NCBI GenBank assembly: GCA_035556715.1
Contig: DATMER010000055.1
Span: 554 to 64,553 of the forward strand
Direction: 5' to 3'
DNA: 64,000 bases
Source: Thermoanaerobaculia bacterium
GTDB taxonomy: Bacteria > Acidobacteriota > Thermoanaerobaculia > Multivoradales > UBA5704
The translations under genes and the position numbers were made by a program. This document shows, piece by piece, positions 27,473 to 36,880 of this stretch (position 1 is its first letter; every line of letters starts with the position of its first letter). The notes under the pieces were generated by a model. It worked only from the letters and a program-made list of their open reading frames with translations, searched no databases and had not been told where the DNA came from.

Positions 27473-28660
27473 ATGCCTTTCACCGGGTTCCTCTACCGCC
27501 TGCGCGACTACGGGGTGCCGGTCAGCACCACGGACGCGATCGACTTCCACAAGGGGCTGGAGCGGGGGCTCGCGCCCGATCTTGAATCGCTCTTCGTGTT
27601 CGCCCGCCTCTCGTTCGTGCGGCGGGTGGAGCACATGGACGCCTACGAGCGGGCCTTCCTCTTCCACTTCTACGGCATCGACGTGCCGCGCGTGGCCGAG
27701 GGAGACCCGGAGCTGCTCAACACGCCGCAGTTCCGGGAGTGGCTGAAGGCGGCGGTCCGCAACCATGAGCTGCCTCCCCAGGCGCTCTGGACGATGTCGC
27801 CCGACGAGTTGATGAGGCGCTTCTGGGAGACGCTCCGCAAGCAGATGGAAGCCCATCGCGGCGGCAGCAAGTGGGTCGGCACCGGGGGCAACTCCCCCTT
27901 CGGCCATTCCGGCAACGCCAAGGGGGGCGTCCGGGTCGGAGGGCCGGGAGGAGGACGTTCCGCGCTCAAGGTGATCGGCGAGCGGCGCTACGTCGAGTAC
28001 TCGGACACTACGGCCTTGAGCGGCTCCAATCTCTCCCAGGCCCTGGCGTCGCTCAAGAAGCTCGCGCCGGCCGGTGCCCGCGATGAGCTCGACCTGGACG
28101 AGACCATCTACCAGAGCGCCAGGAACGGCGGCGAGATCGACCTCGTGTTCCGCCGCGGTCTGCTCGACCGCATCGAAGTCGTGCTGCTGATCGACAACGG
28201 CGGCAGCTCCATGCTCCCCTTCGTGAGCCTCACCCAGCTCCTCTTCGCCAAGATGCGGGACCGGTTCAAGCGCTGTGACACCTACTTCTTCCACAACACG
28301 GTCTATGGGGTGGTCTACAAGGACTTCCGGCGCCGCGAGCCGCTGCCTACCGGTACCCTGCTCCAGCGCAACCCGGAGACGCGCCTGCTGTTCGTGGGCG
28401 ACGCCTCCATGGCGCCGGAGGAGCTGCTCTGGCCCCGCGGCTCGATCTCCTGGGGCGACGAGGACGGCGAGGCGAGCCTGGTCTGGCTGCAGCGCCTCCG
28501 CGACCGGTTCCGTCATTCGGTCTGGCTGAACCCGATCCCCAAGGAGGATTGGAAGAGCGCCTATGGCGGCACCACGATCCGCCGCATCGGCGAGGTCTTC
28601 CAGATGGAGGACCTCACCCTCGGCGGCATCCGGCGGGCGGTCGAGCATCTGAACGAGTGA
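27473..28660 (+). CDS. CoxE-type vWA domain protein (MoxR partner)
   Basis: Starts 9 nt after moxR. It has an intact MIDAS VVLLIDNGGSSM, RLLFVGDASM and a CoxE-like N-terminal helical region. Confidence 0.9.
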   Translation: MPFTGFLYRLRDYGVPVSTTDAIDFHKGLERGLAPDLESLFVFARLSFVRRVEHMDAYERAFLFHFYGIDVPRVAEGDPELLNTPQFREWLKAAVRNHELPPQALWTMSPDELMRRFWETLRKQMEAHRGGSKWVGTGGNSPFGHSGNAKGGVRVGGPGGGRSALKVIGERRYVEYSDTTALSGSNLSQALASLKKLAPAGARDELDLDETIYQSARNGGEIDLVFRRGLLDRIEVVLLIDNGGSSMLPFVSLTQLLFAKMRDRFKRCDTYFFHNTVYGVVYKDFRRREPLPTGTLLQRNPETRLLFVGDASMAPEELLWPRGSISWGDEDGEASLVWLQRLRDRFRHSVWLNPIPKEDWKSAYGGTTIRRIGEVFQMEDLTLGGIRRAVEHLNE

Positions 28661-28696
28661 CGGACGTTCCGGGCTGTGGTAAAAACACGCCCGATC

Positions 28697-29359
28697 ATGA
28701 CTCGCAAGGACAAAGCGCGCCGCATCCAGGAGAAACTCGACGGGCTCTACCCCACGGTGGACATCCCGCTCGATCATGTTGACCCGTTCTCCTTGCTCGT
28801 GGCCGTGGTGCTCTCGGCCCAGACCACGGACAAGCTGGTCAACCAGGTGACTCCGTCCCTCTTCGCTCGGGCTTCGACACCGGTGCAGATGGCGGCCCTG
28901 CCGGTCGAGGAGATCCAGCACCTGATCCGGCGGATCGGCCTGAGCGCGGGCAAGGCGAAGAACCTCAAGCGGCTTTCGGAGATCCTGGTGACCGAGCATG
29001 GCGGGCAGGTGCCGCGCACGTTCGCGGAGTTGGAGGCCCTGCCCGGGGTGGGCCACAAGACCGCATCGGTCGTGCTCAACCAGGCGTTCGGCATCCCCAC
29101 TTTCCCGGTGGACACGCATATCCACCGACTGGCCGCGCGATGGGGACTATCGAGCGGGAAGAACGTGGTGCAGACCGAGCGCGACCTCAAGCGGCTCTTC
29201 CCGGAGGAGACCTGGGGCAAGGTCCACCTCCAGATCATCTACTTCGGGCGCGAGCACTGCCCCGCCCTCTACCACGACCTCGACTCCTGCCCCATCTGCT
29301 CGTGGGCGGCGTCGGCGAAGAGGAAACGGGAGGAAAAGATGAAGAGGCGGAAAAGATAG
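28697..29359 (+). CDS. nth: Endonuclease III
   Basis: HhH-GPD motif LPGVGHKTASVVL, VDTHIHRLAARWG and a C-terminal 4-Cys cluster (CPALYHDLDSCPICSW). Confidence 0.92.
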   Translation: MTRKDKARRIQEKLDGLYPTVDIPLDHVDPFSLLVAVVLSAQTTDKLVNQVTPSLFARASTPVQMAALPVEEIQHLIRRIGLSAGKAKNLKRLSEILVTEHGGQVPRTFAELEALPGVGHKTASVVLNQAFGIPTFPVDTHIHRLAARWGLSSGKNVVQTERDLKRLFPEETWGKVHLQIIYFGREHCPALYHDLDSCPICSWAASAKRKREEKMKRRKR

Positions 29360-29370
29360 ACTCGGTCCCC

Positions 29371-30432
29371 ATGCGCCGCCTCCCGCTCCTCGCAATCCTC
29401 CTTGTTGCCCTCTTTCTGGCCGCCTGCGACTCCCAAACCGAAGTCTCGAGCATCGCGGCCGAGCCGGTCTCCGCTCCGGCCATGGGGGACATCTGCCCCG
29501 CGCTGATTTCGGAGGAGGCCCTCTCGAAGCCGCCCGCGGTCCCCCTGACCGATCCGATGATCCGGATCCTGGCGTTCGGGGACTTCGGCGAGCAGCCAAA
29601 CCGCAACACGGAGCCGCAGCGGCGGGTCGCCGCGGCCATGGCGGGCTATCACGCCGAGCATCCCTTCGACTTCGGGCTCGTCCTGGGCGACAACTTCTAC
29701 CCGGCAGGTCTCGACCGGCCCGACCATCCCCGTTGGGCCAGCCAGTGGGAGCGGCTGTACAGCCCGCTCGGCATCCGGCACTACGCGATCCTGGGGAACC
29801 ACGATTACAAGAGCTCGGCGAGCCCCGCCGCCCAGATGGAGCGCTCGCGCCGCAGCGCCACCTGGTGCCTGCCTCGCCGGCAGTATACGTTCACCGCGGG
29901 GCCGGTGCAGCTCTTCGCCATCGACACGACGCCCGTGGAAGAGCCCAGACGGGACTCGGGAGACGCCATGGCCGACCAGTTGCGGTGGCTCGACGAAGCC
30001 CTCGGCGCCAGCCGGTCCACCTGGAAGGTCGTCTACGGCCATCACCCGGTCTACACCACCGGCGACCATGGAGACCGGATCGGCTACCTTCCGCGGGTCC
30101 GGGATTACCTCCTGCCGGTGCTCCGCAAGCACAAGGTGGATGTCTACCTGGCAGGTCACGATCACGACCTCCAGGCTTTGGAGCCCCAGGATGGGGTCCA
30201 TTTCTTCGTCTCGGGGGCCGCCGGCCGCCATCTTCGGGGGTTCGAGTCGAGCCGGTGCCGCCGCTGGGGCACGGCCCAGACCTACGGGTTCACCGTGTTG
30301 GAGACTGACGCGGCCGGGCTGTCCCTCAGGGTCTCTTTCGTGGGTTACGACGAGGACAAACCGTACCGCGTGCTCTGGGGTCCCGTCGCGGTCGAGAAGG
30401 GCGCCAGCTCCGGCTGCCGGACCGGCAGGTAA
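29371..30432 (+). CDS. Lipoprotein metallophosphoesterase (purple-acid-phosphatase-like)
   Basis: Lipobox LFLAAC. Metallophosphoesterase motifs are ILAFGDFG, LGDNFY, ILGNHDY and GHDHD. ATG at 29371. Confidence 0.88.
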   Translation: MRRLPLLAILLVALFLAACDSQTEVSSIAAEPVSAPAMGDICPALISEEALSKPPAVPLTDPMIRILAFGDFGEQPNRNTEPQRRVAAAMAGYHAEHPFDFGLVLGDNFYPAGLDRPDHPRWASQWERLYSPLGIRHYAILGNHDYKSSASPAAQMERSRRSATWCLPRRQYTFTAGPVQLFAIDTTPVEEPRRDSGDAMADQLRWLDEALGASRSTWKVVYGHHPVYTTGDHGDRIGYLPRVRDYLLPVLRKHKVDVYLAGHDHDLQALEPQDGVHFFVSGAAGRHLRGFESSRCRRWGTAQTYGFTVLETDAAGLSLRVSFVGYDEDKPYRVLWGPVAVEKGASSGCRTGR

Positions 30433-30435
30433 AGG

Positions 30436-31377
30436 TCAGACCGGGGCTCTCCACTCCGGGATGTCGAGGGTGACCACGGCCCCGCCCTCAGGCCGGTTCG
30501 CGGCAACGAGGCGGGCCCTCTGCTCCTCTACCACCCTCTGGACAATCGAGAGACCCAATCCGGTGCCTCCCCGCCGCCGGGTGAAGAAGGGCTCGAAGAG
30601 ACGGGGCAGATCCTCCTCCTGGAAGCCGGGACCGGAGTCCTTGACGGAGCAGCGCGCCCACGGCTGCCCTCCCTCCTGCACCGCGGTCATTTCGACCACG
30701 ACCTCGCCGCCCGCGGGGGTGTGCTGGACGGCGTTCTGGACCAGGTTGTCGAGCGCCATGAGCAGGCGGGAGCGGATCATGCCCACGGTCCGCTCGCGGT
30801 CCCCGAGCTCCGCCCGAAGCTGGACGCCGCGGGACAGGGCGAGCGGCCGGCAGTCCGCGAGCGCCTCCAGGATCACGGCGCCCAGGGGTCCGGCCGCCAG
30901 GTTCCGGCCGAGGGGCTTGCCGTACTCCAACAGCTCGGCCATCAGCGCGCTCAGCCGGGCCGTGGGCTCCATGAGCCCCTGGAGGGCCCGCCTCACGGTC
31001 TGATGCTCGGGCGTGTCCTCGAGGTTCGCCAGCAGCGCGTCCAGGGTGGCGGTGATGGCGAACAGCGGGTTGCGGACCTCGTGCGCGAGCCCTCCCACGA
31101 GATGCCCGAGCGCCCCCATGACCTGGAGGCGCGCCCGCTCCTCCTCGGCGGCCTGGAGCTGCGCGAGCGACTGCCGGAGGGCGTCGTTGGCCTGGAGCAG
31201 CTCCTGGGAGCTCAGGTCCATGGAGCGCTCCAGCAGGGCGCGGTCGCGGTCGGCCTGCCAGTAGGCATCGTCGACCGCATCCAGGAGCGCCTTGCACCGT
31301 CCGGAGATCCCCTCGTCCGAGCCGAGGAAGCGCCGGATCTGGCGGGCGAGCAGGCTGTGGCGCTCGGTGGCGATCAT
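30436..31377 (-). CDS. Soluble sensor histidine kinase
   Basis: H-box GGLAHEVRNPL, N-box LDNLVQNAVQH and G-boxes DSGPGF and GTGLGLSIV. The start at ATG 31377 is 5 nt after the FIST gene stop. No TM segments are seen. Confidence 0.9.
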   Translation of the reverse strand: MIATERHSLLARQIRRFLGSDEGISGRCKALLDAVDDAYWQADRDRALLERSMDLSSQELLQANDALRQSLAQLQAAEEERARLQVMGALGHLVGGLAHEVRNPLFAITATLDALLANLEDTPEHQTVRRALQGLMEPTARLSALMAELLEYGKPLGRNLAAGPLGAVILEALADCRPLALSRGVQLRAELGDRERTVGMIRSRLLMALDNLVQNAVQHTPAGGEVVVEMTAVQEGGQPWARCSVKDSGPGFQEEDLPRLFEPFFTRRRGGTGLGLSIVQRVVEEQRARLVAANRPEGGAVVTLDIPEWRAPV

Positions 31378-31382
31378 CCCAG

Positions 31383-32516
31383 TCAGCGTTCCGTCAGGGT
31401 GGTGATGGTCATGGTCTGGTTGTGCAGCTCGCAGCGGGCGTCCGGCGTGAATGGGGAGATCTCGCCGTAGGAGTAGAAGCCGGCGAGGACCGTGCGCTCG
31501 CCCAGAACCTCGCGCACCCCTTCCACCTCCTCCTCCACCCGCTGCTTCAGAACCAGCTTGCGGCCGACGCAGCTCACCAGCAGGGCCAGGTCCGGCGATG
31601 TCGCCCCGACGGCCTCGTAGCTGGTCCGGGCAGCCCCCACGGCGCCGTCGATCAGCCGGTCGAAGTTGGCTTTCATGAAGCGCGCGTAGCTCCCGGTTGG
31701 AACGTCGCCCGCGAAGGTCATGCTGCTCTCCGCCTCGTCCACCGAGAGGATGGTGCGCACGACCGGGGTGTCCCCTTCCCCGGTCCGGAGGCTCAGCGGG
31801 AAGAGCAGGCCGCTCGCCGGGAGCTCGCGGGCGTGCGGCCCGAGATAGGTCTTGTAGAGCTCCAGGGCCGAGCGGCCGTCCAGCTCGTAGAGGACGTTGT
31901 CGCAGGAGCGGGTGATCAGGCGCTCGGGGCCGAAGGGGTCCCAGCCGCCCAGGGAGGCGTAGCCCACCCGCAGGCTGCGGCCGTAGAACCCGACCGCGGC
32001 GATGGTGCACGGCTCGGGGTTCCCGCCGCCGATGACCAGGGTCTCCTGGAAGCGGGGGCCGTCCCCGGACAGTCCGCCGGTGAGCGTTACGGCGCTCGGC
32101 AGGTTGCGGGCGAGCCCCTCCACCAGCTTGCTGCCGTTGACGTGTAGACCGTCCGAGAGCACGAAGACGTGGATCAGGTCCTCGGCCTCCAGGGACCGGG
32201 CCAGCCGCTCCCCCGCCGCGAAGCTGTCTTCGGGTCCGCTGATCCGCGTGGAACGGGCCTGGATGCGGGTGCGGTCGAAGCGCAGCGCCGTGACGACGAG
32301 GGAGTCGTCCGAGACCTGGGTCCCGAAGATGTCTCCCGCGGTCGAGCAGCCGAACACGTGCGCTTCGGGGTACGCGGCGGCGGCCTCCTGGAGGGCTGGT
32401 TCCTTCAAGGCCCCGGGAGCGCCAAAGACGAGAGCGAGCTGGGCATCAGGAAGGCGACCCGGGTGATGGGGCTCCCATCCACTGGACGCGGTCCAGCGCG
32501 ACTGTTCGATTTCCAA
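31383..32516 (-). CDS. FIST N/C domain sensor protein
   Basis: 377-aa ORF with a TTG start preceded by AAGGAGG. It shows the FIST-like pattern (ALVFGA...HVFGCSTAGDI...; C-terminal GFYSYGEISP). Confidence 0.85.
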   Translation of the reverse strand: MEIEQSRWTASSGWEPHHPGRLPDAQLALVFGAPGALKEPALQEAAAAYPEAHVFGCSTAGDIFGTQVSDDSLVVTALRFDRTRIQARSTRISGPEDSFAAGERLARSLEAEDLIHVFVLSDGLHVNGSKLVEGLARNLPSAVTLTGGLSGDGPRFQETLVIGGGNPEPCTIAAVGFYGRSLRVGYASLGGWDPFGPERLITRSCDNVLYELDGRSALELYKTYLGPHARELPASGLLFPLSLRTGEGDTPVVRTILSVDEAESSMTFAGDVPTGSYARFMKANFDRLIDGAVGAARTSYEAVGATSPDLALLVSCVGRKLVLKQRVEEEVEGVREVLGERTVLAGFYSYGEISPFTPDARCELHNQTMTITTLTER

Positions 32517-32668
32517 ACCTCCACCTCCTTGGAGCGCGGCCGTGCCCGGCCATCGGCGCGCACGTCGATCGCGCGCCGATCGCGAAGACCCAGGCCGCTC
32601 TCGACAAAAAGAATCGCTACAGGATGAGGGGATTGTAACATGGTCGATCCCGTTCCCCCTCTCCCCGG

Positions 32669-32695
32669 CCCTCTCCCCCGTGCCGGGGGAGAGGG
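32669..32695. repeat. GC-rich hairpin CCCTCTCCCCC-N5-GGGGGAGAGGG
   Basis: 11-bp perfect stem at 32669-32679 and 32685-32695, in the divergent intergenic region between the FIST gene and the response regulator gene. Related CCCTC(T)CCC/GGGAGAGGG motifs recur at 53335-53351 and inside 61666-61828. Confidence 0.6.
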
Positions 32696-32755
32696 AGAAG
32701 GCCCACGGCGGCTCCGGCGCGCATAGAATGGTCCCCTCTTTACCGGAGGATTCTG

Positions 32756-34252
32756 GTGGCCAAGGTTCTGCTGGTCGAAAAGGATGCCGTGTTCGCCGCG
32801 GTTTTGGAGGACCGCCTTCGGGTGACCGGGCACAAGGTTCGTCTGCTCGACGACGGCAGCCGCCCCGCCGATGCCGCCCGCGAGCAGCACTCGGATCTCG
32901 TGATCCTGGATACGGGCTCCGACTCCGCCGTGGATGAGCTCCAGGCCCTGCGCGACCAGCCCGAAACCCGGACCCTGCCCGTGCTCGCGATGTCCGACCG
33001 CGGCGAGCCCGCCGAGCGGGTGGCGGCCCTGCGCGCCGGAGCGGACGACTACCTCGCCCGGCCCTTCGACCTGGAGGAGCTGCTCATCCGCGCCGAGCGC
33101 CTCCTGGGCGGCCGCGGCGCCGAGCAGATGCTCCAGGGCGACCTCGCGACCCACCCGCTCTGGGCGGTGCTCCAGTACCTCCAGCAGGTGCGCAAGACCG
33201 GCTGCCTCCGGGTGCGGAGCGGCAACACCTCCGGCACCATCGAGCTGCGCGACGGCGATCCCGCGGCGGCCCGCTGGCAGACGCTGCGCGGCCGGGAGGC
33301 CTTCCTCGCCCTGCTCTGCGCCGAGGAGGGGAGCTTCCGCTTCGAGGGCGGCGCGCCCGTCACCTCCCAGGACGAGCGCCTGCCCGTCAACGAGCTGCTC
33401 ATGCACACGGCCTGGCTTAAGGACGAGATGGAGCAGCGGCGGCACCTCCTCCCGGGCGCGGGCGAGCCGCTCCACACCTTGACCGACTTCCCGCCCCGGG
33501 TCGGCGAGGACTTCGGCCAGCTCCCCCTCCAGCGCATCCTCTCGCGCATCCACCAGCAGCCCGGGGTGCGGCTCTTCGACCTGATCGCCGAGGAGGCCGA
33601 AGCGCCCCTGACCATCCGCCTGGCGATCGCCTGGCTGGTGGAGCACGGCTTGGTGGCCACCCGCGACAAGGTGCCGGAATCCGCCCCCCAGAACACCATG
33701 GAAATCTCGAGCGCCATGGTCTTCGATGTGGCGGTCGCCTCCCTGCTCGACGCCGCGAAGAAGGCGGGGTTCGACACGGCTGCCCTCCCCTTCCTGGTGC
33801 TCGCCGAGCCCTCGGCCTGGCCGGCCCTGCGCAAGCTGATCGAGGAGGCGCCGGGGGTCCGCACCAACGAGCCGCTGCGCAAGCTCATCGAGCAGGTGGA
33901 GCTGCGCCGGGCGGGCAGCGCCACGTTCGCGAACACCGCCACGAGCGGCGGCAAGCTCTCGCTGCACGTCCAGATGCTGACCAAGGCGGCGCAGCCGCAG
34001 ATCGCGGCCATCCTCTCCGGGTGCGCTGGCGTGCTCGCCTGGATCGACGGCCCCGAAGGCGCCGGCGCCGCGGAGAGCGTCGTCCAGAAACTGGATGCCA
34101 CGGGAGGCCGCGGGTCGGGTATGCTGGTGGCAGGAACCGCGGCAGTCCAGAAAGAGGTCGAGAAGCTGGCTGGGCGGAGCCGCCGCTGGCGCTCCAGCCC
34201 GCACGCTCCCAAGAGCCTGCTCGGCCTGTTCCGCCTGCTGCAGCCGTACTGA
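32756..34252 (+). CDS. Response regulator receiver + DUF4388 (PATAN-associated) protein
   Basis: GTG start with GGAGGA upstream. REC motifs are VLLVEKD, DLVILD, VLAMS and GADDYLARPF. The DUF4388-like segment reads LQGDLATHPLWAVLQYLQQVRKTGCLRVRS. Confidence 0.85.
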   Translation: MAKVLLVEKDAVFAAVLEDRLRVTGHKVRLLDDGSRPADAAREQHSDLVILDTGSDSAVDELQALRDQPETRTLPVLAMSDRGEPAERVAALRAGADDYLARPFDLEELLIRAERLLGGRGAEQMLQGDLATHPLWAVLQYLQQVRKTGCLRVRSGNTSGTIELRDGDPAAARWQTLRGREAFLALLCAEEGSFRFEGGAPVTSQDERLPVNELLMHTAWLKDEMEQRRHLLPGAGEPLHTLTDFPPRVGEDFGQLPLQRILSRIHQQPGVRLFDLIAEEAEAPLTIRLAIAWLVEHGLVATRDKVPESAPQNTMEISSAMVFDVAVASLLDAAKKAGFDTAALPFLVLAEPSAWPALRKLIEEAPGVRTNEPLRKLIEQVELRRAGSATFANTATSGGKLSLHVQMLTKAAQPQIAAILSGCAGVLAWIDGPEGAGAAESVVQKLDATGGRGSGMLVAGTAAVQKEVEKLAGRSRRWRSSPHAPKSLLGLFRLLQPY

Positions 34253-34280
34253 TTGATTTCAATCTGTTTCGAGGGAAGCC

Positions 34281-36095
34281 TTGGCCCGTCCTGCAGTCCT
34301 ATTCATTGATCCTGATGCCGGCAATACTGCTCGCCTGGCGGAGCTCAGCCATGGGCTGGCCGCCGAGGGTTACGAAGCCGTGCCCGTGTCCGACCTCGCC
34401 CTGGGCCTGCGCCTCGCCCAGGGCCTGGGCGAGGCGCTCGTCGTCACAACCACGAAGACCCTGGCGGAAAGCCCCGACCCGGAAGCTCTCATCTCCGAGC
34501 TCCACGCGGGCGGCCGGCGCACGCTCGTCCTGCTCGGCGAAAAGCCCGAGGAGGAAGAGGGGCTCCCCGAGACCGTCTCCTTCCTGTCCGTGGGCGGCCT
34601 GGACCTCCGGGAGATCGAGCGCCGGCTGCTGCTCGTCCTCCTCGGTCGCGAGGTCGGCGCGGAGCCCGACGTCCGGCTGGAGTCGCTGGTGGGCGACCTG
34701 GCGCAGACCCCTTTCCTGGAGCTGCTGCGCGGCCTCCATCGAGCGAAGACGAGCGGGCGCATCGAGCTGCGCGGCGGCCAGGTCTGGCTGGAGCGCGGCG
34801 AGGTCGTCGCGGCTGTAGCCGGCGCGGTCGAGGGAATCAAGGCGTTCTGCCGTCTGGGGCGGATGCACGAGGGTCCGTTCCAGCTCTTCCCCAGCGAGAT
34901 GGTCCCTGACCACAGCATCCAGGAAGATCTCAGCTCTCTGATCATCACCGCGATCGAGGACTCTCTTGGCGAGTTCCCGGACGCCCGGGCGCGCCTGGAG
35001 GTCCGGCCGGGCTCCGAGCCCCTCTCCCCGGCCGCCCCCCCGCTCCAGCAACAGATCCTCGAAATGGCCCGGCGCGGCGCCACGCTCCAGGAGGTCCTGG
35101 ACGGGCTGCCGGTCCGCGACGGCGAGATCGTCCAGGAGCTGCTGACCTTGGAGGAAAGGGGCGTGCTCGCACGGCGCGAGCCCCGCCTGCCGAAAGTTCA
35201 GATCGTCACCGACTCCACCGCGGACCTGCCGTCCGACGTGGTCCAGGCCCACGGCATTGCCGTGGTGCCGCTGACTGTGGCCTTCGGCAAGGAGGTCTTC
35301 CGCGACCGGGTGGACATCCAGCCCGGGCAGTTCTACAAGAAGCTGACCGAGAGCAAGGCGCACCCGGTGTCGAGCCCTCCGTCGCCGTCCGACTTCGCGG
35401 GGCGCTACCGCGAGTGGCTGGCCCAGGGGCACGAGGTGGTCTCCCTCCACATCTCCTCAAAGCTGTCAAAGACCTTCGAGCACGCGAGCGCCGCCGCCGC
35501 GGAGGTCAATGGCAGCGGCGGTATTGGCGGGGTTGGCGGGGTTGGCGGGGGGCTGGCCGTGGTCGACACCGGCCAGGTGAGCGCGGCCCTGGGCATGCTC
35601 GTCCTCTTCGCGGCGCGCATGGCCGCCCGCAACGAAACCGCCGGGATTATCCAGCAGCGGCTGCTCGACATGGCGCCGCGCATCCACACCCTCTTCGTGG
35701 TGGACACCCTGGAGTTCCTGGCCCGGAGCGGCCGGATCGGCAAGGCGCGCGCCTTGGTGGGCAGCCTCTTGGGGATCAAGCCGATCCTCGGGATGTTGGA
35801 CGGCGAGGTCGCGCCCATGGACCGGGTGCGCGGCGGCCGGGCCGCCCATCCGCGCATCCTGGAGATCCTCCACAAGCAGGTGGACCGCAAGCGCCCGGTT
35901 TTTGCAGGGATCAGCCACGCCAACGCGCCGGTCTGGGCCGACCGCCTGCGCGCCCTGGTTCGCGACCAGTTTCAGGTGGCCGAGCTGATCCAGACCGAGA
36001 TCGGCCCCGTGGTCGGAGCCAACGTCGGCCCCGGCGTGGTCGGCGTCTGCCTGTTTCAGCCGGGGGAGGACGAGATCGACTGGATTGCGCCGTAG
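34281..36095 (+). CDS. Pseudo-receiver + DUF4388 + DegV fatty-acid-binding domain fusion protein
   Basis: TTG start. The N-terminal REC-like fold lacks the phospho-acceptor Asp (ALVVTTTK). DUF4388 reads LVGDLAQTPFLELLRGLHRAKTSGRIEL. The C-terminal DegV domain reads VQIVTDSTADLP...SSPPSP...VSLHISSKLS. Confidence 0.85.
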   Translation: MARPAVLFIDPDAGNTARLAELSHGLAAEGYEAVPVSDLALGLRLAQGLGEALVVTTTKTLAESPDPEALISELHAGGRRTLVLLGEKPEEEEGLPETVSFLSVGGLDLREIERRLLLVLLGREVGAEPDVRLESLVGDLAQTPFLELLRGLHRAKTSGRIELRGGQVWLERGEVVAAVAGAVEGIKAFCRLGRMHEGPFQLFPSEMVPDHSIQEDLSSLIITAIEDSLGEFPDARARLEVRPGSEPLSPAAPPLQQQILEMARRGATLQEVLDGLPVRDGEIVQELLTLEERGVLARREPRLPKVQIVTDSTADLPSDVVQAHGIAVVPLTVAFGKEVFRDRVDIQPGQFYKKLTESKAHPVSSPPSPSDFAGRYREWLAQGHEVVSLHISSKLSKTFEHASAAAAEVNGSGGIGGVGGVGGGLAVVDTGQVSAALGMLVLFAARMAARNETAGIIQQRLLDMAPRIHTLFVVDTLEFLARSGRIGKARALVGSLLGIKPILGMLDGEVAPMDRVRGGRAAHPRILEILHKQVDRKRPVFAGISHANAPVWADRLRALVRDQFQVAELIQTEIGPVVGANVGPGVVGVCLFQPGEDEIDWIAP

Positions 36096-36225
36096 CGCTC
36101 ATACCCTTCCTCTCATCCGGGTACCGCCAGACGTGAGACCGAGGCCGGGAGGTGGGCAGAGTCCGCCACCCGTTGCACAAACGCGCGGAAGGCCTGTCGC
36201 GTAGCAGATGTGCTACACTCCCTTC

Positions 36226-36480
36226 ATGAGGAAGATCCCGCAACGCGAGCTGCGCAACCAGAGCGGCGAGATCCTGCGCGAGACGGAGAAAGGAGAGAGC
36301 TTCTTGATCACCGTGGAAGGGCGCCCCATCGCCCTGCTGACCCCCTATCCCAAGAAGCGGTGGGTCCCGAAGGCCGAGGCCATGAAGCTCCTCCGGGACG
36401 GCCGGCCCGATCCCGGGTTCTTCGAGGACGTTGCCGAGCTCGGAACGCTGGACGACCTGGGCGATCCATGGCAGCGGTGA
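36226..36480 (+). CDS. Type II antitoxin (Phd/YefM-like)
   Basis: 84-aa ORF: MRKIPQRELRNQSGEILRETEKGESFLITVEGRPIALLTP. It overlaps the PIN toxin gene. Confidence 0.85.
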   Translation: MRKIPQRELRNQSGEILRETEKGESFLITVEGRPIALLTPYPKKRWVPKAEAMKLLRDGRPDPGFFEDVAELGTLDDLGDPWQR

Positions 36481-36872
36481 CCCGCGGCCTCCTCGATACC
36501 TCGGTCGTCATCGGCCAGTCCGAAGAGGAGCTGGAGGCCTCGCTGCCCGGCGAGGTCGCCATTTCCGTGGCAACCCTGGCGGAGCTGCACTACGGCGTCC
36601 TCGCCACCTCCGACCCCGAGATCCGCCGCCAGCGGCTCCACCGTCTGGGCATGGTCGAAGCCATGTTCGACCCGCTTCCTCTGGATGCCGGAGTCGGACG
36701 CGCCTTTGGCATGATGGCCAACGCCGTGAAGACGGGCGGCGGGCAGCCCCGCTCCCGCGTCATGGATCTCTGGATCGCCGCCACGGCTCACTCCTACCAG
36801 CTTCCTCTCTACACGCGGAACTTCGACGATTTCAAGCTCCTCCAGAGGATGATCGAGGTCCGGAAGCTCTGA
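36468..36872 (+). CDS. vapC: PIN-domain toxin (VapC-like)
   Basis: LLDTSVVI (first acidic residue), ISVATLAELHYGV and DLWIAATAHSYQLPLYTRNFDDF. The start is ATG 36468 or GTG 36477, the latter in a GTGA overlap with the antitoxin stop. Confidence 0.88.
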   Translation: MAAVTRGLLDTSVVIGQSEEELEASLPGEVAISVATLAELHYGVLATSDPEIRRQRLHRLGMVEAMFDPLPLDAGVGRAFGMMANAVKTGGGQPRSRVMDLWIAATAHSYQLPLYTRNFDDFKLLQRMIEVRKL

Positions 36873-36880
36873 AATCGGCA

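Noticed and set aside
26606-29125. 839-aa ORF on the minus strand
   Set aside because: It runs antisense to moxR, the CoxE-vWA gene and nth, all of which have clear catalytic motifs. The composition is low-complexity and off-frame-like.
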